Part shown: piece after piece, positions 18,957-29,205 of the stretch
Position numbering within the stretch: the stretch's first letter is position 1
How the letters are laid out: each line of letters begins with the position of its first letter
Source of the DNA: a bacterium
GTDB taxonomy: Bacteria; Patescibacteriota; CPR2; UBA1875; JAJYID01
NCBI GenBank assembly: GCA_030647205.1
Contig: JAUSJO010000005.1
Coordinates: 202,523 to 266,522 of the forward strand
Length of the DNA stretch: 64,000 bases
Reading direction: 5' to 3'
Translations under genes and position numbers: made by a program
Notes under the pieces: model-generated
Told to the model about the DNA's origin: nothing
Database searches by the model: none
Seen by the model: the letters and a program-made list of their open reading frames with translations, nothing else

Positions 18957-19027
18957 TAAACAAGGATTGGCCCGGGTGTTTATACTCGGGCCTTTTTTCT
19001 TAGGTTCATAATGGTATAATAGGCATT

Positions 19028-19414
19028 ATGGAAAAACCAATTATTATAGCGTCAGGGCCAGTCATTATAGAAAATGAAAAGGTGCTCTTGAACAAGCACG
19101 GAGATGATAACTTCTGGAAATTTGTGGGTGGGAAAGTCGAGGACTATAGCGTTTCTCTTGAGGATTGCGCAAAAAGAGAAGTAAAAGAGGAGATGGGTCT
19201 TGATATCGAAATAATCCGTCCATTAAAACCGATGATGGTTGAGATGCCGGGAAAGATCGTGATTTTAATACATTATCTTGCAAATAGGATTGGCGATATA
19301 AAGCCGGGTGAAGATATAAGAGAGTGGGATTGGTTCGATATTCACAATTTACCGGAAGACACAGCGCCAAACATTAAGCCCGTCATAGAGGAGTATCTAA
19401 ATGGAGAAAAATAA
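19028..19414 (+). CDS. Nudix hydrolase
   Basis: 128 aa; Nudix box GGKVEDYSVSLEDCAKREVKEEMGL (Gx5Ex7REUxEExGU with short insertion); TATAAT-like -10 at ~19010. Confidence 0.85.
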   Translation: MEKPIIIASGPVIIENEKVLLNKHGDDNFWKFVGGKVEDYSVSLEDCAKREVKEEMGLDIEIIRPLKPMMVEMPGKIVILIHYLANRIGDIKPGEDIREWDWFDIHNLPEDTAPNIKPVIEEYLNGEK

Positions 19415-20075
19415 TATTGAAACCCGAGACACTAAATCTGTAGAGGAAAGAGTATCTGGTTTGCTTGAACAAGAAGGTTCAAGGAGTGAGCTTGCAGCCA
19501 CTACAAAAAAATTTCTAGGTCTTATGGCTGAGCATGATAGAAAGACTTTTTTACATGAGTGCAGAGTCGCCTTAATAGCAATAAAGCTAGCAGAGTTTTG
19601 CGGTTTTAAAGATCAAAAACCGGAACTTTTTGGAGGAGCAAACCACGATGTCGGCAAGCTTACGATTAGCGGAGAACTTCTAGGGAAGGGTCATATTACC
19701 CAAGAAGAATATGAGATCATTAAAAAACACGCCGATGCCAGCGCGAAAATGCTCGCTAAATATCCTTTTACGGCCTATATATCCGGTACTCATCATAGTC
19801 AACAAAAAAACAGCTACGGAGTAGACTTTAAAGGTGCTGGCCTTCCGGACGGGGTAAAAGAGGCAACTGAGAGAAGAATGAAGGAGGCGGCAAAAAATGT
19901 TGCTTTGTCTGACTTTTTTGACGCTGCAAGCACCAGAAAAACTAGTCAAATGGGGGGCGAAAACGATAAGAGCCCTCGTGAAAGAATGGAGGCCGAATAC
20001 CCTGATTATCTAGACCGAATAGATTTCTTATTTGGAAGCCAAGACGTGCAAGAGATTGTCGGGGGCAGGGGTTGA
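19401..20075 (+). CDS. HD-superfamily (HDIG-type) phosphohydrolase
   Basis: 224 aa; H...HDVGK (HDIG motif), further His residues (GTHH); overlaps Nudix gene end. Confidence 0.75.
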   Translation: MEKNNIETRDTKSVEERVSGLLEQEGSRSELAATTKKFLGLMAEHDRKTFLHECRVALIAIKLAEFCGFKDQKPELFGGANHDVGKLTISGELLGKGHITQEEYEIIKKHADASAKMLAKYPFTAYISGTHHSQQKNSYGVDFKGAGLPDGVKEATERRMKEAAKNVALSDFFDAASTRKTSQMGGENDKSPRERMEAEYPDYLDRIDFLFGSQDVQEIVGGRG

Positions 20076-20590
20076 AAGTTGTTGATATAGAAGAACTCAA
20101 TGAGACTTTCGATACTTTTTGGAACGAGATGCAGATCGAATTTTTTAAGATTGAGGTTTTGCAATATTATGGAGAAGATGATAGCCCGTCACTTAGGGAG
20201 TGGCTGGCTGGCAATCGCGAAAAATCCCTGGAAATGATGAGAAAAGATGCAAAACCGTGGGCGGAAGGGAAAGAAAGTGTTAAAAAAATTAGGATTCATG
20301 TCGTAGACTATCCTTTAAGTGAGTATATCCAGTGGGAAATCGAGCATTATAAGCTTATCAATATTCCGTTTGTTGGTGAGGAAATATACCTGGTAAATCG
20401 CAAAAAAATTGACGGTTTAAAGCTGCCAAAAGGCGACACAATTATTTTTGATAAAAAGAAAGCCATTGTAAATATTTATAATGATAATGGGGTTGTGATA
20501 AAGGCGGAGATTTATGAAGATGAGGATATCGAACAGTTCTTAGAGTTAAGAGACGATATTTTGAACCTGCCATTAGAAAAAATCCGATAA
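20072..20590 (+). CDS. Hypothetical protein (172 aa), translationally coupled to HD gene
   Basis: ATGA overlap with HD gene stop; no recognisable motif. Confidence 0.55.
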   Translation: MKVVDIEELNETFDTFWNEMQIEFFKIEVLQYYGEDDSPSLREWLAGNREKSLEMMRKDAKPWAEGKESVKKIRIHVVDYPLSEYIQWEIEHYKLINIPFVGEEIYLVNRKKIDGLKLPKGDTIIFDKKKAIVNIYNDNGVVIKAEIYEDEDIEQFLELRDDILNLPLEKIR

Positions 20591-20634
20591 AACAATTGAC
20601 AAATGCATGTAAATTTAGTATCATTTTAAGCACT

Positions 20635-20656
20635 AAAGCCCCAGAGGCTTTTTTAA
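20635..20656 (+). terminator. Terminator-like hairpin between inserted operon and secE
   Basis: AAAGCC-CCAGAG-GGCTTT followed by TTTTAAAA; TTGACA-17-TATCAT hexamers sit just upstream (20596-20624), so this may alternatively be a secE leader structure. Confidence 0.45.
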
Positions 20657-20669
20657 AATCGACAAAATT

Positions 20670-20852
20670 ATGAAAAAGTTCTTCAAGTATTTTATAGAGT
20701 CGAAAAACGAGCTTTTGAAGGTCGTATGGCCCGACAAGAAGACTACTTTGAATATGACGATTTCAGTTATTGTTATTTCTTTGGTAGTTTCTGTGTTCTT
20801 AGGGGCGGTAGACTATGTTTTACTCAAAGGGCTAACATTTATTTTGAAATAA
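20670..20852 (+). CDS. secE: Preprotein translocase subunit SecE
   Basis: 60 aa; single C-terminal TM; conserved position before nusG. Confidence 0.85.
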   Translation: MKKFFKYFIESKNELLKVVWPDKKTTLNMTISVIVISLVVSVFLGAVDYVLLKGLTFILK

Positions 20853-20867
20853 TTTAAAAGGATTCAT

Positions 20868-21410
20868 ATGGCAAAACAACAGTCAGAGGGAAAAAATTGG
20901 TACGCGATACACACTTACTCAGGATATGAGGAAAGGGTATCGGAAAACTTACGCCAAAGGACAGAGAGTTTGGGACTTCAGGACTTGATTTTTGATGTTA
21001 TCGTTCCCAAAGAAAAAACTATTGAGATCAGAAACGGAAAAAGAAGAGTAGTTGAGAAAAAGATTTTCCAAGGTTATGTGCTGGTTCAGATGATAGTTAC
21101 AGATCACTCATGGTATATCGTTCGAAACACCCCGCAGGTGACCGGATTTATCGGTTCAGGAACTACACCGGTGCCACTCAGCGAAAAAGAAGTTAAAAAT
21201 ATTCAGAAAAGAATGGGTGTTGAGGAACCGAAGTATAAGATTGACCTTCGAAAGGGCGACCTTGTAAACATCAATGATGGACCATTTAAGGGTTCTGACG
21301 CGACAGTTGAGACGGTAGATGAGGAAAAAGGAAAAATAAAAGTTTTGGTGAGTATGTTTGGACGCGAAACTCCGGTAGAGCTCGACTCACTGCAGGTTAA
21401 AAAGGTTTAA
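20868..21410 (+). CDS. nusG: Transcription termination/antitermination factor NusG
   Basis: 180 aa; NGN domain WYAIHTYSGYEERV..., C-terminal KOW. Confidence 0.9.
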   Translation: MAKQQSEGKNWYAIHTYSGYEERVSENLRQRTESLGLQDLIFDVIVPKEKTIEIRNGKRRVVEKKIFQGYVLVQMIVTDHSWYIVRNTPQVTGFIGSGTTPVPLSEKEVKNIQKRMGVEEPKYKIDLRKGDLVNINDGPFKGSDATVETVDEEKGKIKVLVSMFGRETPVELDSLQVKKV

Positions 21411-21419
21411 GGAGATAAA

Positions 21420-21845
21420 ATGGCAAAGAAAGTTAAGACAAAAATTAAACTACAGGTTATAGGCGGACAGGCAAACCCAGCGCCTCCAGTCGGTACTGCA
21501 CTCGGTCCCCACGGACTTAATATTATGGATTTCTGTACTGCCTTCAACGAAAAGACAAAAGACCAGATGGGCACAAAGCTTCCGGTTATCATCACGGTTT
21601 ATGAAGATAGAACGTTCGACTTCATTATGAAAAAATCACCGGCAGCAGAGCTTATTAAAAAAGAAATCAATCTGAAAAAAGGTTCTGGTTCCAGTAAGAA
21701 AGAGAAAGTTGCCAAGATGACCAAAGAGCAGCTTAGGAAAGTTGCCGAGGCAAAGATGGATGATCTAAATGCAAACTCCATAGAACAGGCGATGAAAATT
21801 ATTGCCGGCACAGCAAGAAGTATGGGAGTTGAAGTAGAGAAGTAG
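21420..21845 (+). CDS. rplK: 50S ribosomal protein L11
   Basis: 141 aa; [30 protein letters not shown]. Confidence 0.95.
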   Translation: MAKKVKTKIKLQVIGGQANPAPPVGTALGPHGLNIMDFCTAFNEKTKDQMGTKLPVIITVYEDRTFDFIMKKSPAAELIKKEINLKKGSGSSKKEKVAKMTKEQLRKVAEAKMDDLNANSIEQAMKIIAGTARSMGVEVEK

Positions 21846-21977
21846 GGAGATGTTGGATTTGTAGGAATGTTGGAGCTGTTAGTAAATACAATTTCATCAA
21901 TTCAAACAATTATAACAATTAAAAAAATTTAATGAGTGGGAGAGTTTAAAAAATTCGTTTGACCACAAAGGAGTAAA

Positions 21978-22832
21978 ATGGCAAAAGAAGAAGAAAAGGA
22001 CGTAAAAGACGTTACTGAAACAGTTGAGGAAGAAAAGAAAGAGACCAAGAAGGAAGTTGTAAAAAAGTCTGCTAAACCAGAAACGAAAGCAAAGACTACT
22101 GCAAAAAAGTCTAAGAAAGACAAAAGCGAGAAGGTAAAACTTTCTAAGGAAGAGAGAAAGCACTCAAAGAAATATCGTGAAGTAGCCGCTTTGGTTGATA
22201 AAAATAACTATTATACGCTTGCAGAGGCAGTTGACCTGATCAAAAAGACTTCTACGACAAAGTTTGACTCATCTGTTGAGATCCATGTGCGACTTGGCGT
22301 AAACCCTACTGCAGCAGATCAGCAGGTTAGAGGAACCGTTGCATTACCTAACGGAACAGGAAAAACCCAGAGAGTAGCTGTTATTTGCGCTCCGGATAAA
22401 GAGAAAGAAGCTAAAGACGCGGGTGCCGATAAGGTTGGCGCTGACTTACTAATTGCAGAAATTGAAAAAGGAACACTCGACTTTGATATCCTGGTTGCAT
22501 CACCTGATATGATGGCAAAAATCGGAAAACTTGGTAAAATTCTCGGTACAAAGGGGCTTATGCCAAATCCAAAGGCTGGAACCGTAACTCCGGAAGTTGG
22601 TAAAGCTGTAAAAGAGCTAAAGGCCGGCAGAGTGGAGTTTAAGGTGGATAAGAGCTCCATAGTGCATCAGATTGTCGGTAAAGTCTCATTTGACGCAAAG
22701 AAACTGGAAGAAAACTACACCGTATTTATGGACGCTTTAAAACATGCTAAACCATCCGGTGTAAAAGGGACTTATATCAAGTCCATAAACCTCTCAACAA
22801 CAATGGGCCCTGGGATTAAAATAGAGCTTTAA
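21978..22832 (+). CDS. rplA: 50S ribosomal protein L1 with ~60-aa K/E-rich N-terminal extension
   Basis: 284 aa; L1 core from ~residue 65 ([23 protein letters not shown]...); AAGGAG SD. Confidence 0.9.
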   Translation: MAKEEEKDVKDVTETVEEEKKETKKEVVKKSAKPETKAKTTAKKSKKDKSEKVKLSKEERKHSKKYREVAALVDKNNYYTLAEAVDLIKKTSTTKFDSSVEIHVRLGVNPTAADQQVRGTVALPNGTGKTQRVAVICAPDKEKEAKDAGADKVGADLLIAEIEKGTLDFDILVASPDMMAKIGKLGKILGTKGLMPNPKAGTVTPEVGKAVKELKAGRVEFKVDKSSIVHQIVGKVSFDAKKLEENYTVFMDALKHAKPSGVKGTYIKSINLSTTMGPGIKIEL

Positions 22833-22994
22833 ATCTTATAGAACACCACAAAAGACCTGTGGAAAACTAGTATACAAAAAAGGACGGAATTTGAACGCCG
22901 TTCTTTTTTGATGTGTGGACAATCCGAGTATTTAATTCCAATTTGTATCCAAAATGGGCCATTTTCGTGCTCAAATCCCTAAGCAGACGATTAA

Positions 22995-23070
22995 AGTGGG
23001 GGCATAAGCAAAAAAGTCTTTACAAAGTGGTTAATAGTGGGGTAAAATGGTTGAAAGTGGTGAAAAGTGG
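22995..23070 (+). promoter_or_regulatory. Array of AGTGG(G) direct repeats with 10-bp periodicity immediately upstream of mraZ (candidate MraZ operator)
   Basis: AGTGG at 22995, 23026, 23036, (AATGG) 23046, 23056, 23066; last five are exactly 10 bp apart, ending 11 bp before the mraZ ATG. Confidence 0.5.
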
Positions 23071-23080
23071 GGACAATAAG

Positions 23081-23512
23081 ATGTTTATCGGAGAATACAA
23101 ACACAATCTAGATGAGAAGGGAAGACTGGCTTTGCCGGCAAAGTTTCGAGGTAAACTTTCTGACGGAGTAGTCATAACCAAAGGGTTAGAAAATGCGCTT
23201 GTAATCTACACCATGGAAGAATGGGAGAAAATAGCATCTGACATCGCCAAAATGCCATATACGAAAGTCCACGCCAGAGCATTCTCAAGAATGACACTAT
23301 CAGGAGCGAACGACTGCAAACTTGACAGACAGGGGAGGATCAACATACCGCAGAATCTGCGTGATTTCGCACATTTGAAGACAAATGCGGTGGTTGTGGG
23401 AGTTTATTCAAGAATTGAAGTCTGGGATACGAAAGAGTGGGAAGAATATCAGGCAAGGACAGAGAAGGACGCCGGGCAGATTGCTGAACAGTTAGACAAT
23501 ACCAGTCTATAA
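23081..23512 (+). CDS. mraZ: Transcriptional regulator MraZ
   Basis: 144 aa from ATG 23081 (MFIGEYKHNLDEKGRLALPAKFR...), two MraZ/SpoVT-AbrB repeats; the ORF-track 5' extension from 22913 spans the repeat array and is not used. Confidence 0.9.
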   Translation: MFIGEYKHNLDEKGRLALPAKFRGKLSDGVVITKGLENALVIYTMEEWEKIASDIAKMPYTKVHARAFSRMTLSGANDCKLDRQGRINIPQNLRDFAHLKTNAVVVGVYSRIEVWDTKEWEEYQARTEKDAGQIAEQLDNTSL

Positions 23513-23738
23513 AGGCACATTGAAAACCAAATATAGTTTTTCCGTAAATATCCGGTAGGTAAGTAGGTACCTTATCTAAACAACATCCATCTCTTAAATT
23601 TAAGAACTCACATCTCGAGTTCTTGTTCTCAAAAATTTAAGCCCAATAAAAATCCTGCTTTAAAAGTTCTAAGCAAAAACAAAAATAAAAAATTGAACCT
23701 AAAAAGTTCTACCCAAATTTACTTACTGCCGGATACTT

Positions 23739-24683
23739 ATGGAAAAGAAAAACATGCATAAGAGCGTACTTTTACAAGAAGTTGTCCAATTTCTTGACCC
23801 GAAGCCGGGACAGGTATTTATTGATGCCACCATCGGTTTTGGGGGACATTCGGAAGAGATTTTGAAGAAAATATCACCGGATGGAAAGTTACTGGGAATT
23901 GATCAGGATGAAGAAGCTTTAAATTGGCTGGGGGCCAATTTAGCACCAAAATATCCAAATCTAACCTTAAAAAAAGCTAATTTTAGCGAGATTGATCAAA
24001 TATCCAGGGAAAGTGGACACCAAAATGCTAATGGTATTTTGGCTGATATCGGGGTTTCTTCATATCAGTTTGATGAGGCCGGAAGGGGATTTTCCCTAAA
24101 AAATGACGGCCCGCTTGATATGAGGATGGATAAAACCCGGGATCTTACGGCAGCTGAGGTGGTAAACACCTATAGCGAGCAGGATTTGACCGATATCTTC
24201 TCTAAATACGGAGAAGAGAGACTGTCAAAGACTATCGCGCGGGAAATCGTCGCAAGACGCGCTGAGAAGCGATTTGCAACCACTTTGGAGCTTGCAGATA
24301 TGATACGGGGTATTTATGACAAAAAAGGCTTAAAAGGCCTCAAAATCCATCCTGCGACAAGGGTATTTCAAGCATTAAGGATTGAAGTTAACGACGAGCT
24401 TGGAAACTTGGAGAAGTTTCTCCCGCAAGCGCTGGATTCACTAGCCCCAAAAGGAAGATTATCCGTAATAACATTTCACTCACTGGAGGATAGGATAGTA
24501 AAAGATTTCTTCCAGAGAGAAGCAAAAGGCTGTATTTGTCCGCCAGACTACCCGATATGTAAATGCGGACATGAAAAAACGATCAAAATCATCACAAAAA
24601 AGCCGATTTTGGCAAGCGATGAAGAAATACGTGAAAATCCGAGATCAAGAAGCGCAAAACTTAGAGTAATAGAAAAAATTTAG
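23739..24683 (+). CDS. rsmH: 16S rRNA (cytosine1402-N4)-methyltransferase RsmH/MraW
   Basis: 314 aa; SAM motifs FIDATIGFGGHSEEIL, DIGVSSYQFDEAGRGFS. Confidence 0.9.
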   Translation: MEKKNMHKSVLLQEVVQFLDPKPGQVFIDATIGFGGHSEEILKKISPDGKLLGIDQDEEALNWLGANLAPKYPNLTLKKANFSEIDQISRESGHQNANGILADIGVSSYQFDEAGRGFSLKNDGPLDMRMDKTRDLTAAEVVNTYSEQDLTDIFSKYGEERLSKTIAREIVARRAEKRFATTLELADMIRGIYDKKGLKGLKIHPATRVFQALRIEVNDELGNLEKFLPQALDSLAPKGRLSVITFHSLEDRIVKDFFQREAKGCICPPDYPICKCGHEKTIKIITKKPILASDEEIRENPRSRSAKLRVIEKI

Positions 24684-24707
24684 ATATAGCAAACATCTTA
24701 AAGGAGG

Positions 24708-25082
24708 GTGAGCGCTAAAACAAAAAACAAAGAGGAGATAAAAATGAGAAACAGAAAGAAAAATAAAGTATTTAATAAAAAACACAGGAGTTCATTTAAG
24801 GTGGGGAAAATGACCATTGGTTTTATGGCTATATTCGTTATTTTACCTCTTTGCATCTTCTTGTTGTCTCAGACTAACCAAATGACTATGAAGGGCGACG
24901 ATATATCAAAACTTGAGAAGAAGAAACAGGAGCTTGCTGACGATAAACAGAGACTTGAGGTTGAAGCGGCTAGGCTGCAGTCTGTTCAGGAAATCCAGAA
25001 AGATGTCTCAAAAACTAACATGGTTCCAACAAAGAAAATAAATTATGTAAATTCTTCTACCGGCGTTGCGGTAAACAGATAG
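24708..25082 (+). CDS. ftsL: FtsL/DivIC-like cell-division protein (TM + coiled coil)
   Basis: 124 aa; basic N-terminus, single TM, coiled-coil segment; position between rsmH and ftsI. Confidence 0.5.
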   Translation: MSAKTKNKEEIKMRNRKKNKVFNKKHRSSFKVGKMTIGFMAIFVILPLCIFLLSQTNQMTMKGDDISKLEKKKQELADDKQRLEVEAARLQSVQEIQKDVSKTNMVPTKKINYVNSSTGVAVNR

Positions 25083-25149
25083 TTTTAGTATAATGCAGTT
25101 AAAGGGTGAGAAACAGTCAATCAGTAATTTAGGCATTTAGGAACGCAGA

Positions 25150-26877
25150 ATGAAAAACTATCACAATATGCAACTGCAGAAAAAAAGAATAAATTATTTA
25201 TTCATAATTGTCGCTATAGCGGGAATTTTTGTTTTTTTCCGACTTTTCCAGCTTGGAGTGCTGGAAAATAAAACCTATGCCGATGCGGCAAAGGCTCAAC
25301 ATTGGTCAGAAAACGAAGTGCAGCCTAAGAGAGGGAGTATTTATGTAAAAGACTCAAGCGGAGATCTTTATCCTCTTGCGACAAACATTAAGCTTTACAA
25401 AGCCTACGTTGATCTAGGAAACAGCGAGAATCAGGATAAAACGGCCGAAAATATTGCCGGTGCTTTAAGTATGAGCAAAGATGAAATAATCGATAAATTC
25501 AAAAATTCGCAGTCAAAACGCTATATTCCCATTAAAAGGAAACTTAGCGACGAAGAGGTGGATAGGATTAAAAATTTGGATGATAAGGCTATAGGCCTTG
25601 AACCGGAGCATTGGCGGACTTATCCAGAGAAGGAGCTTGCCAGTCAGGTCTTGGGATATGTTGACGGTGATGGCAACGGCGCTGGCGGGATAGAGCAGTA
25701 TTTCAATGAAGAGCTAAGAGGGACACCAGGACTTTATAAGGCAGAGTCCGACTCTCTAGGCAATAAAATACTAACAGGAAGAGATGTTTCGGTTGATGCG
25801 AAAGATGGTGAAGATGTTGTTTTGACCATAAATCGCGACATTCAGGCGCAAGCTGAGTTGGCTCTGAAAAATGCAGTTGAGAAGAATCATGCAAAGGATG
25901 GTTCTATCATAGTTGTTGACCCCAAAACGGGAGCAATTCTTGCTATGGCGAACTCGCCGACATTTGACCCAAATAACTATAATGAGGTGAAAGACTATGG
26001 TCTGTTTAAAAACTCTGCTATTAGTGATGTTTATGAGCCGGGATCAATATTTAAGGTTTTGACAATGGCGGCAGGACTCGATGCGCGGAAAATTGAGCCA
26101 GATATGAAGTATACAGATACCGGCTCTGTTACGTTCAATGGGTCGACGATTAAAAACTCGGACCTAAAAGCGCATGGGGAAGTAACAATGACTCAGGTGT
26201 TAGAGCAGTCTTTAAATACAGGAACAACACAAGTCCAGAGACTTTTGGGCAAAGATTTGTTCTTTGATTATCTTCAAAAATTCGGTCTGGGGATGCCTAC
26301 GGGCATAGAGGCACCAGATGGGACAGAAGGAGTTGGTAAAGTTTATAAGCCGTCAGAAGTTAACGACCATACATATGCAACGATGAGTTTTGGGCAGAGT
26401 ATTTCCACAACTCCGCTTCAAATGATCATGGGGTTTGCTTTAGTTGCAAACAATGGAAAACTTATGAAACCACATTTAGTTCAGGAAAGAATCAAAACGG
26501 ATGGTGAAAAAACTGAGTATAATGCGGACGCGGGGAAGCAGATTATTTCTCCGGAAGCAGCAATCAAACTGACAGGGATGATGATCAGTGTTGTTGAAAA
26601 CGGCCATGGAAAACAGGCGAAGGTAAAGGGGTATAAGGTCGCCGGCAAGACCGGTACGGCTCAAGTACCGGATCCTCAGGGAGGTTACTCGGTTGGTAAA
26701 AATATAGGTTCATTTATCGGTTTTGCGCCGGCTGATAACCCCAGATTTGTGGTGCTTGCAAAAATCGATGAGCCGAAAGGTGTCGCCTGGGCAGAGTCGA
26801 CGGCAGCGCCGGTGGTAGGGGAAATTCTGCAAAATCTTCTAAACTATTATCAGGTTCCGCCAACGGAGAAACAATGA
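25150..26877 (+). CDS. ftsI: Penicillin-binding protein (class B transpeptidase, FtsI/PBP2-like)
   Basis: 575 aa; N-terminal TM; SxxK (SIFKV), SxN, KTGT motifs; dcw position. Confidence 0.9.
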   Translation: MKNYHNMQLQKKRINYLFIIVAIAGIFVFFRLFQLGVLENKTYADAAKAQHWSENEVQPKRGSIYVKDSSGDLYPLATNIKLYKAYVDLGNSENQDKTAENIAGALSMSKDEIIDKFKNSQSKRYIPIKRKLSDEEVDRIKNLDDKAIGLEPEHWRTYPEKELASQVLGYVDGDGNGAGGIEQYFNEELRGTPGLYKAESDSLGNKILTGRDVSVDAKDGEDVVLTINRDIQAQAELALKNAVEKNHAKDGSIIVVDPKTGAILAMANSPTFDPNNYNEVKDYGLFKNSAISDVYEPGSIFKVLTMAAGLDARKIEPDMKYTDTGSVTFNGSTIKNSDLKAHGEVTMTQVLEQSLNTGTTQVQRLLGKDLFFDYLQKFGLGMPTGIEAPDGTEGVGKVYKPSEVNDHTYATMSFGQSISTTPLQMIMGFALVANNGKLMKPHLVQERIKTDGEKTEYNADAGKQIISPEAAIKLTGMMISVVENGHGKQAKVKGYKVAGKTGTAQVPDPQGGYSVGKNIGSFIGFAPADNPRFVVLAKIDEPKGVAWAESTAAPVVGEILQNLLNYYQVPPTEKQ

Positions 26878-28130
26878 TCAAGAAAGTCGCTCAAATAATT
26901 TTAAAATGGTCTGCCAAAATAGCAATCAAACGAAACGGCTACAAAATAGTGGCGATAACCGGTAGTGTTGGCAAAACCTCTACAAAAAAAGCGGTCTCGC
27001 TTGTTTTGGCAGAAAAATATTCGGTTTTGGCCGGCGAAGGTGAAGGATACAATACCGAGATTGGTGTTCCGCTAATCTTGATTCAAAAAACTGTCCCCAA
27101 GGATAAATTCGGTTGGATTTTTTTGATTTTATTCTCACCGTTTTTAGCTCTTAAAAAAAGAAACTATGACTTTTGTGTTTTGGAAATGGGAGCGGACAAA
27201 CCAGGCGATATTGAATATCTGACCGAGATTGCAAAACCTGATATTGCAGTTGTGATGAATGTCTTTAGGGTTCATTTGATTGAATTTAAGAGTATTGAAG
27301 ATATAGCGAAAGAGAAGGAAAAAATTTTATCTAAATTGAGTTCCGGCGGGGTGGCTATATTAAATGCAGATAATGAATATACAAGAGAAATGAAATCTCC
27401 AAGTGGCATAGAAACTATAACCTTTGGAAAGAAATCGACCGAAGTTCAGGTTGTAAAACAAGAGTTTGATAGAAAGGGTTCATCAAATTATTTTAAGGTT
27501 CAAAATAAAAATATAGTCATTAGATCTTCTTCTCTCGGAGAACACATACTTTACGTTTTTGCTTGTGCAATAGCTGTCGGTATTTCTCAAAAAATCGAGA
27601 TCAATCAGATTATCAAAGCCTTAGAAAATTTCAAACCGGCAAAGGGTAGGTTAAACTTAATTAAAGGCATAAAAGGATCAACCATTATTGATGATTCTTA
27701 TAATGCTAATCCGGCTTCAATGAAAAATGCGCTTGATGTTTTAGAAAACATTGATGCTAAAAGAAAAATAGCGCTTCTCGGTAGCATGAATGATTTAGAA
27801 GATTTTGAAGAGGAGGAACATAAGAAAATTGGTACCCATTTGGGAGGGAAATGTGATATTCTAGTAACAGTGGGTGAGGCGGCAAAGAAGTACCTTGCCC
27901 CGGCTTCTGTTGCAGCCGGAATGAAAAGTGGGAGTGTCCATAGTTTTGAAACTTCAGTTCAGGCGGGTGGGTTTTTGAAAGAATTTATTCAAAAAGGAGA
28001 CGTCGTTTTGGCAAAAGGTTCACAGAACAAAATTAGGGTAGAAAAAGCGGTAAAGATGATCATGAAGAACCCGGAAGATGCGCCAAATGTTCTTTGCCGG
28101 CAAGGCAAGGAATGGGAAAAAAGAAGTTAG
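26874..28130 (+). CDS. murF: Mur ligase family protein, MurF-like (UDP-MurNAc-tripeptide--D-Ala-D-Ala ligase), N-terminal domain missing
   Basis: 418 aa; P-loop ITGSVGKTSTKK at residue ~28, so no N-terminal domain; C-terminal LAKGSQNKIRVEKAV resembles MurF terminus; murE vs murF assignment uncertain. Confidence 0.55.
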   Translation: MIKKVAQIILKWSAKIAIKRNGYKIVAITGSVGKTSTKKAVSLVLAEKYSVLAGEGEGYNTEIGVPLILIQKTVPKDKFGWIFLILFSPFLALKKRNYDFCVLEMGADKPGDIEYLTEIAKPDIAVVMNVFRVHLIEFKSIEDIAKEKEKILSKLSSGGVAILNADNEYTREMKSPSGIETITFGKKSTEVQVVKQEFDRKGSSNYFKVQNKNIVIRSSSLGEHILYVFACAIAVGISQKIEINQIIKALENFKPAKGRLNLIKGIKGSTIIDDSYNANPASMKNALDVLENIDAKRKIALLGSMNDLEDFEEEEHKKIGTHLGGKCDILVTVGEAAKKYLAPASVAAGMKSGSVHSFETSVQAGGFLKEFIQKGDVVLAKGSQNKIRVEKAVKMIMKNPEDAPNVLCRQGKEWEKRS

Positions 28131-28167
28131 TCTATAAATATTTAGTTAAGCAATAACAGGAAAAGCA

Positions 28168-29202
28168 ATGAACATAACAAATCCGGAAATGATTTCACAA
28201 CTTTTGAAAGTAGGCCTCATGTCTGCGGGAGCTTTTATCTTGGCTATGGCGCTGACACCGCTATATACATTTTTTGCGTATAAATATGAGTGGTGGAAAA
28301 AAATGAGAACCGAAACCGTAGATGGCGAGAAGGCTGTACTTTATCAGAAGCTTCACAAAGAAAAGCACAAAAGGAATATCCCTACTATGGCAGGAATAGT
28401 CATATGGGGAACGGTTTTGATCCTTACACTACTGTTCAATCTGGATAGAGCTCAAACATGGTTGCCGCTTTTCACTATCGTTTCTGTAGGAGTTTTAGGA
28501 ATAGTAGATGATGTTATAAACGTGAGATCCAAGGGTGGAGTAGCGGGAATGAAATCAAAAGTTAAGATGGGGTGGCTGATAGCTATCGCTCTTTTGGGTG
28601 CTTCCTGGTTTTACTTCAAGTTGGGTCACAATGTTATAAACATACCTTTTAATGGTGATATTTCTATCGGTTGGCTTTATATCCCGTTTTTCATTTTAGT
28701 ATTTATTTCGATTGCGAATGCCGTAAATGTTACCGATGGACTGGACGGGCTATCCGGCGGCCTACTTTCCACGGCCTTTTTTGCCTTTATGATTATTGCA
28801 TTTTTCCAAGGGAACTACGGCATAGCGGCTTTTTGTGGAACTCTCGTTGGTGCGACGCTTGCATATACTTGGTTTAATATATTTCCAGCCAGGTTCTTTA
28901 TGGGAGATACGGGCGCAATATCATTGGGTGCCACACTTGGAGTTGTTGCGATGCTGACAAACTCGGCTCTTGTGCTACCTATTATTGGTTTAATGTTTGT
29001 TATAGAGATCGGATCTTCACTGATCCAGATAATTGCATGGAAAGTTCTAAAAAAGAAAAAAATATTTATCGTGGCGCCGATCCATCATCATTTTGAGGCA
29101 AAAGGCTGGCCGGAAACAAAAGTGACTATGCGTTTTTGGATTATTGGAGCGATGGCGGCTGTTGTCGGTGTAGTTATACGATTTGTTGCGGGGGGAGGAT
29201 AG
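28168..29202 (+). CDS. mraY: Phospho-N-acetylmuramoyl-pentapeptide transferase MraY
   Basis: 344 aa; multi-TM; conserved NAVNVTDGLDGL and HHHFE motifs. Confidence 0.95.
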   Translation: MNITNPEMISQLLKVGLMSAGAFILAMALTPLYTFFAYKYEWWKKMRTETVDGEKAVLYQKLHKEKHKRNIPTMAGIVIWGTVLILTLLFNLDRAQTWLPLFTIVSVGVLGIVDDVINVRSKGGVAGMKSKVKMGWLIAIALLGASWFYFKLGHNVINIPFNGDISIGWLYIPFFILVFISIANAVNVTDGLDGLSGGLLSTAFFAFMIIAFFQGNYGIAAFCGTLVGATLAYTWFNIFPARFFMGDTGAISLGATLGVVAMLTNSALVLPIIGLMFVIEIGSSLIQIIAWKVLKKKKIFIVAPIHHHFEAKGWPETKVTMRFWIIGAMAAVVGVVIRFVAGGG

Positions 29203-29205
29203 AAG

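Noticed and set aside
22913-23080. ORF-track 5' extension of mraZ
   Set aside because: The region is filled with 10-bp-periodic AGTGG repeats (operator-like) and the canonical MraZ N-terminus MFIGEY starts at 23081.
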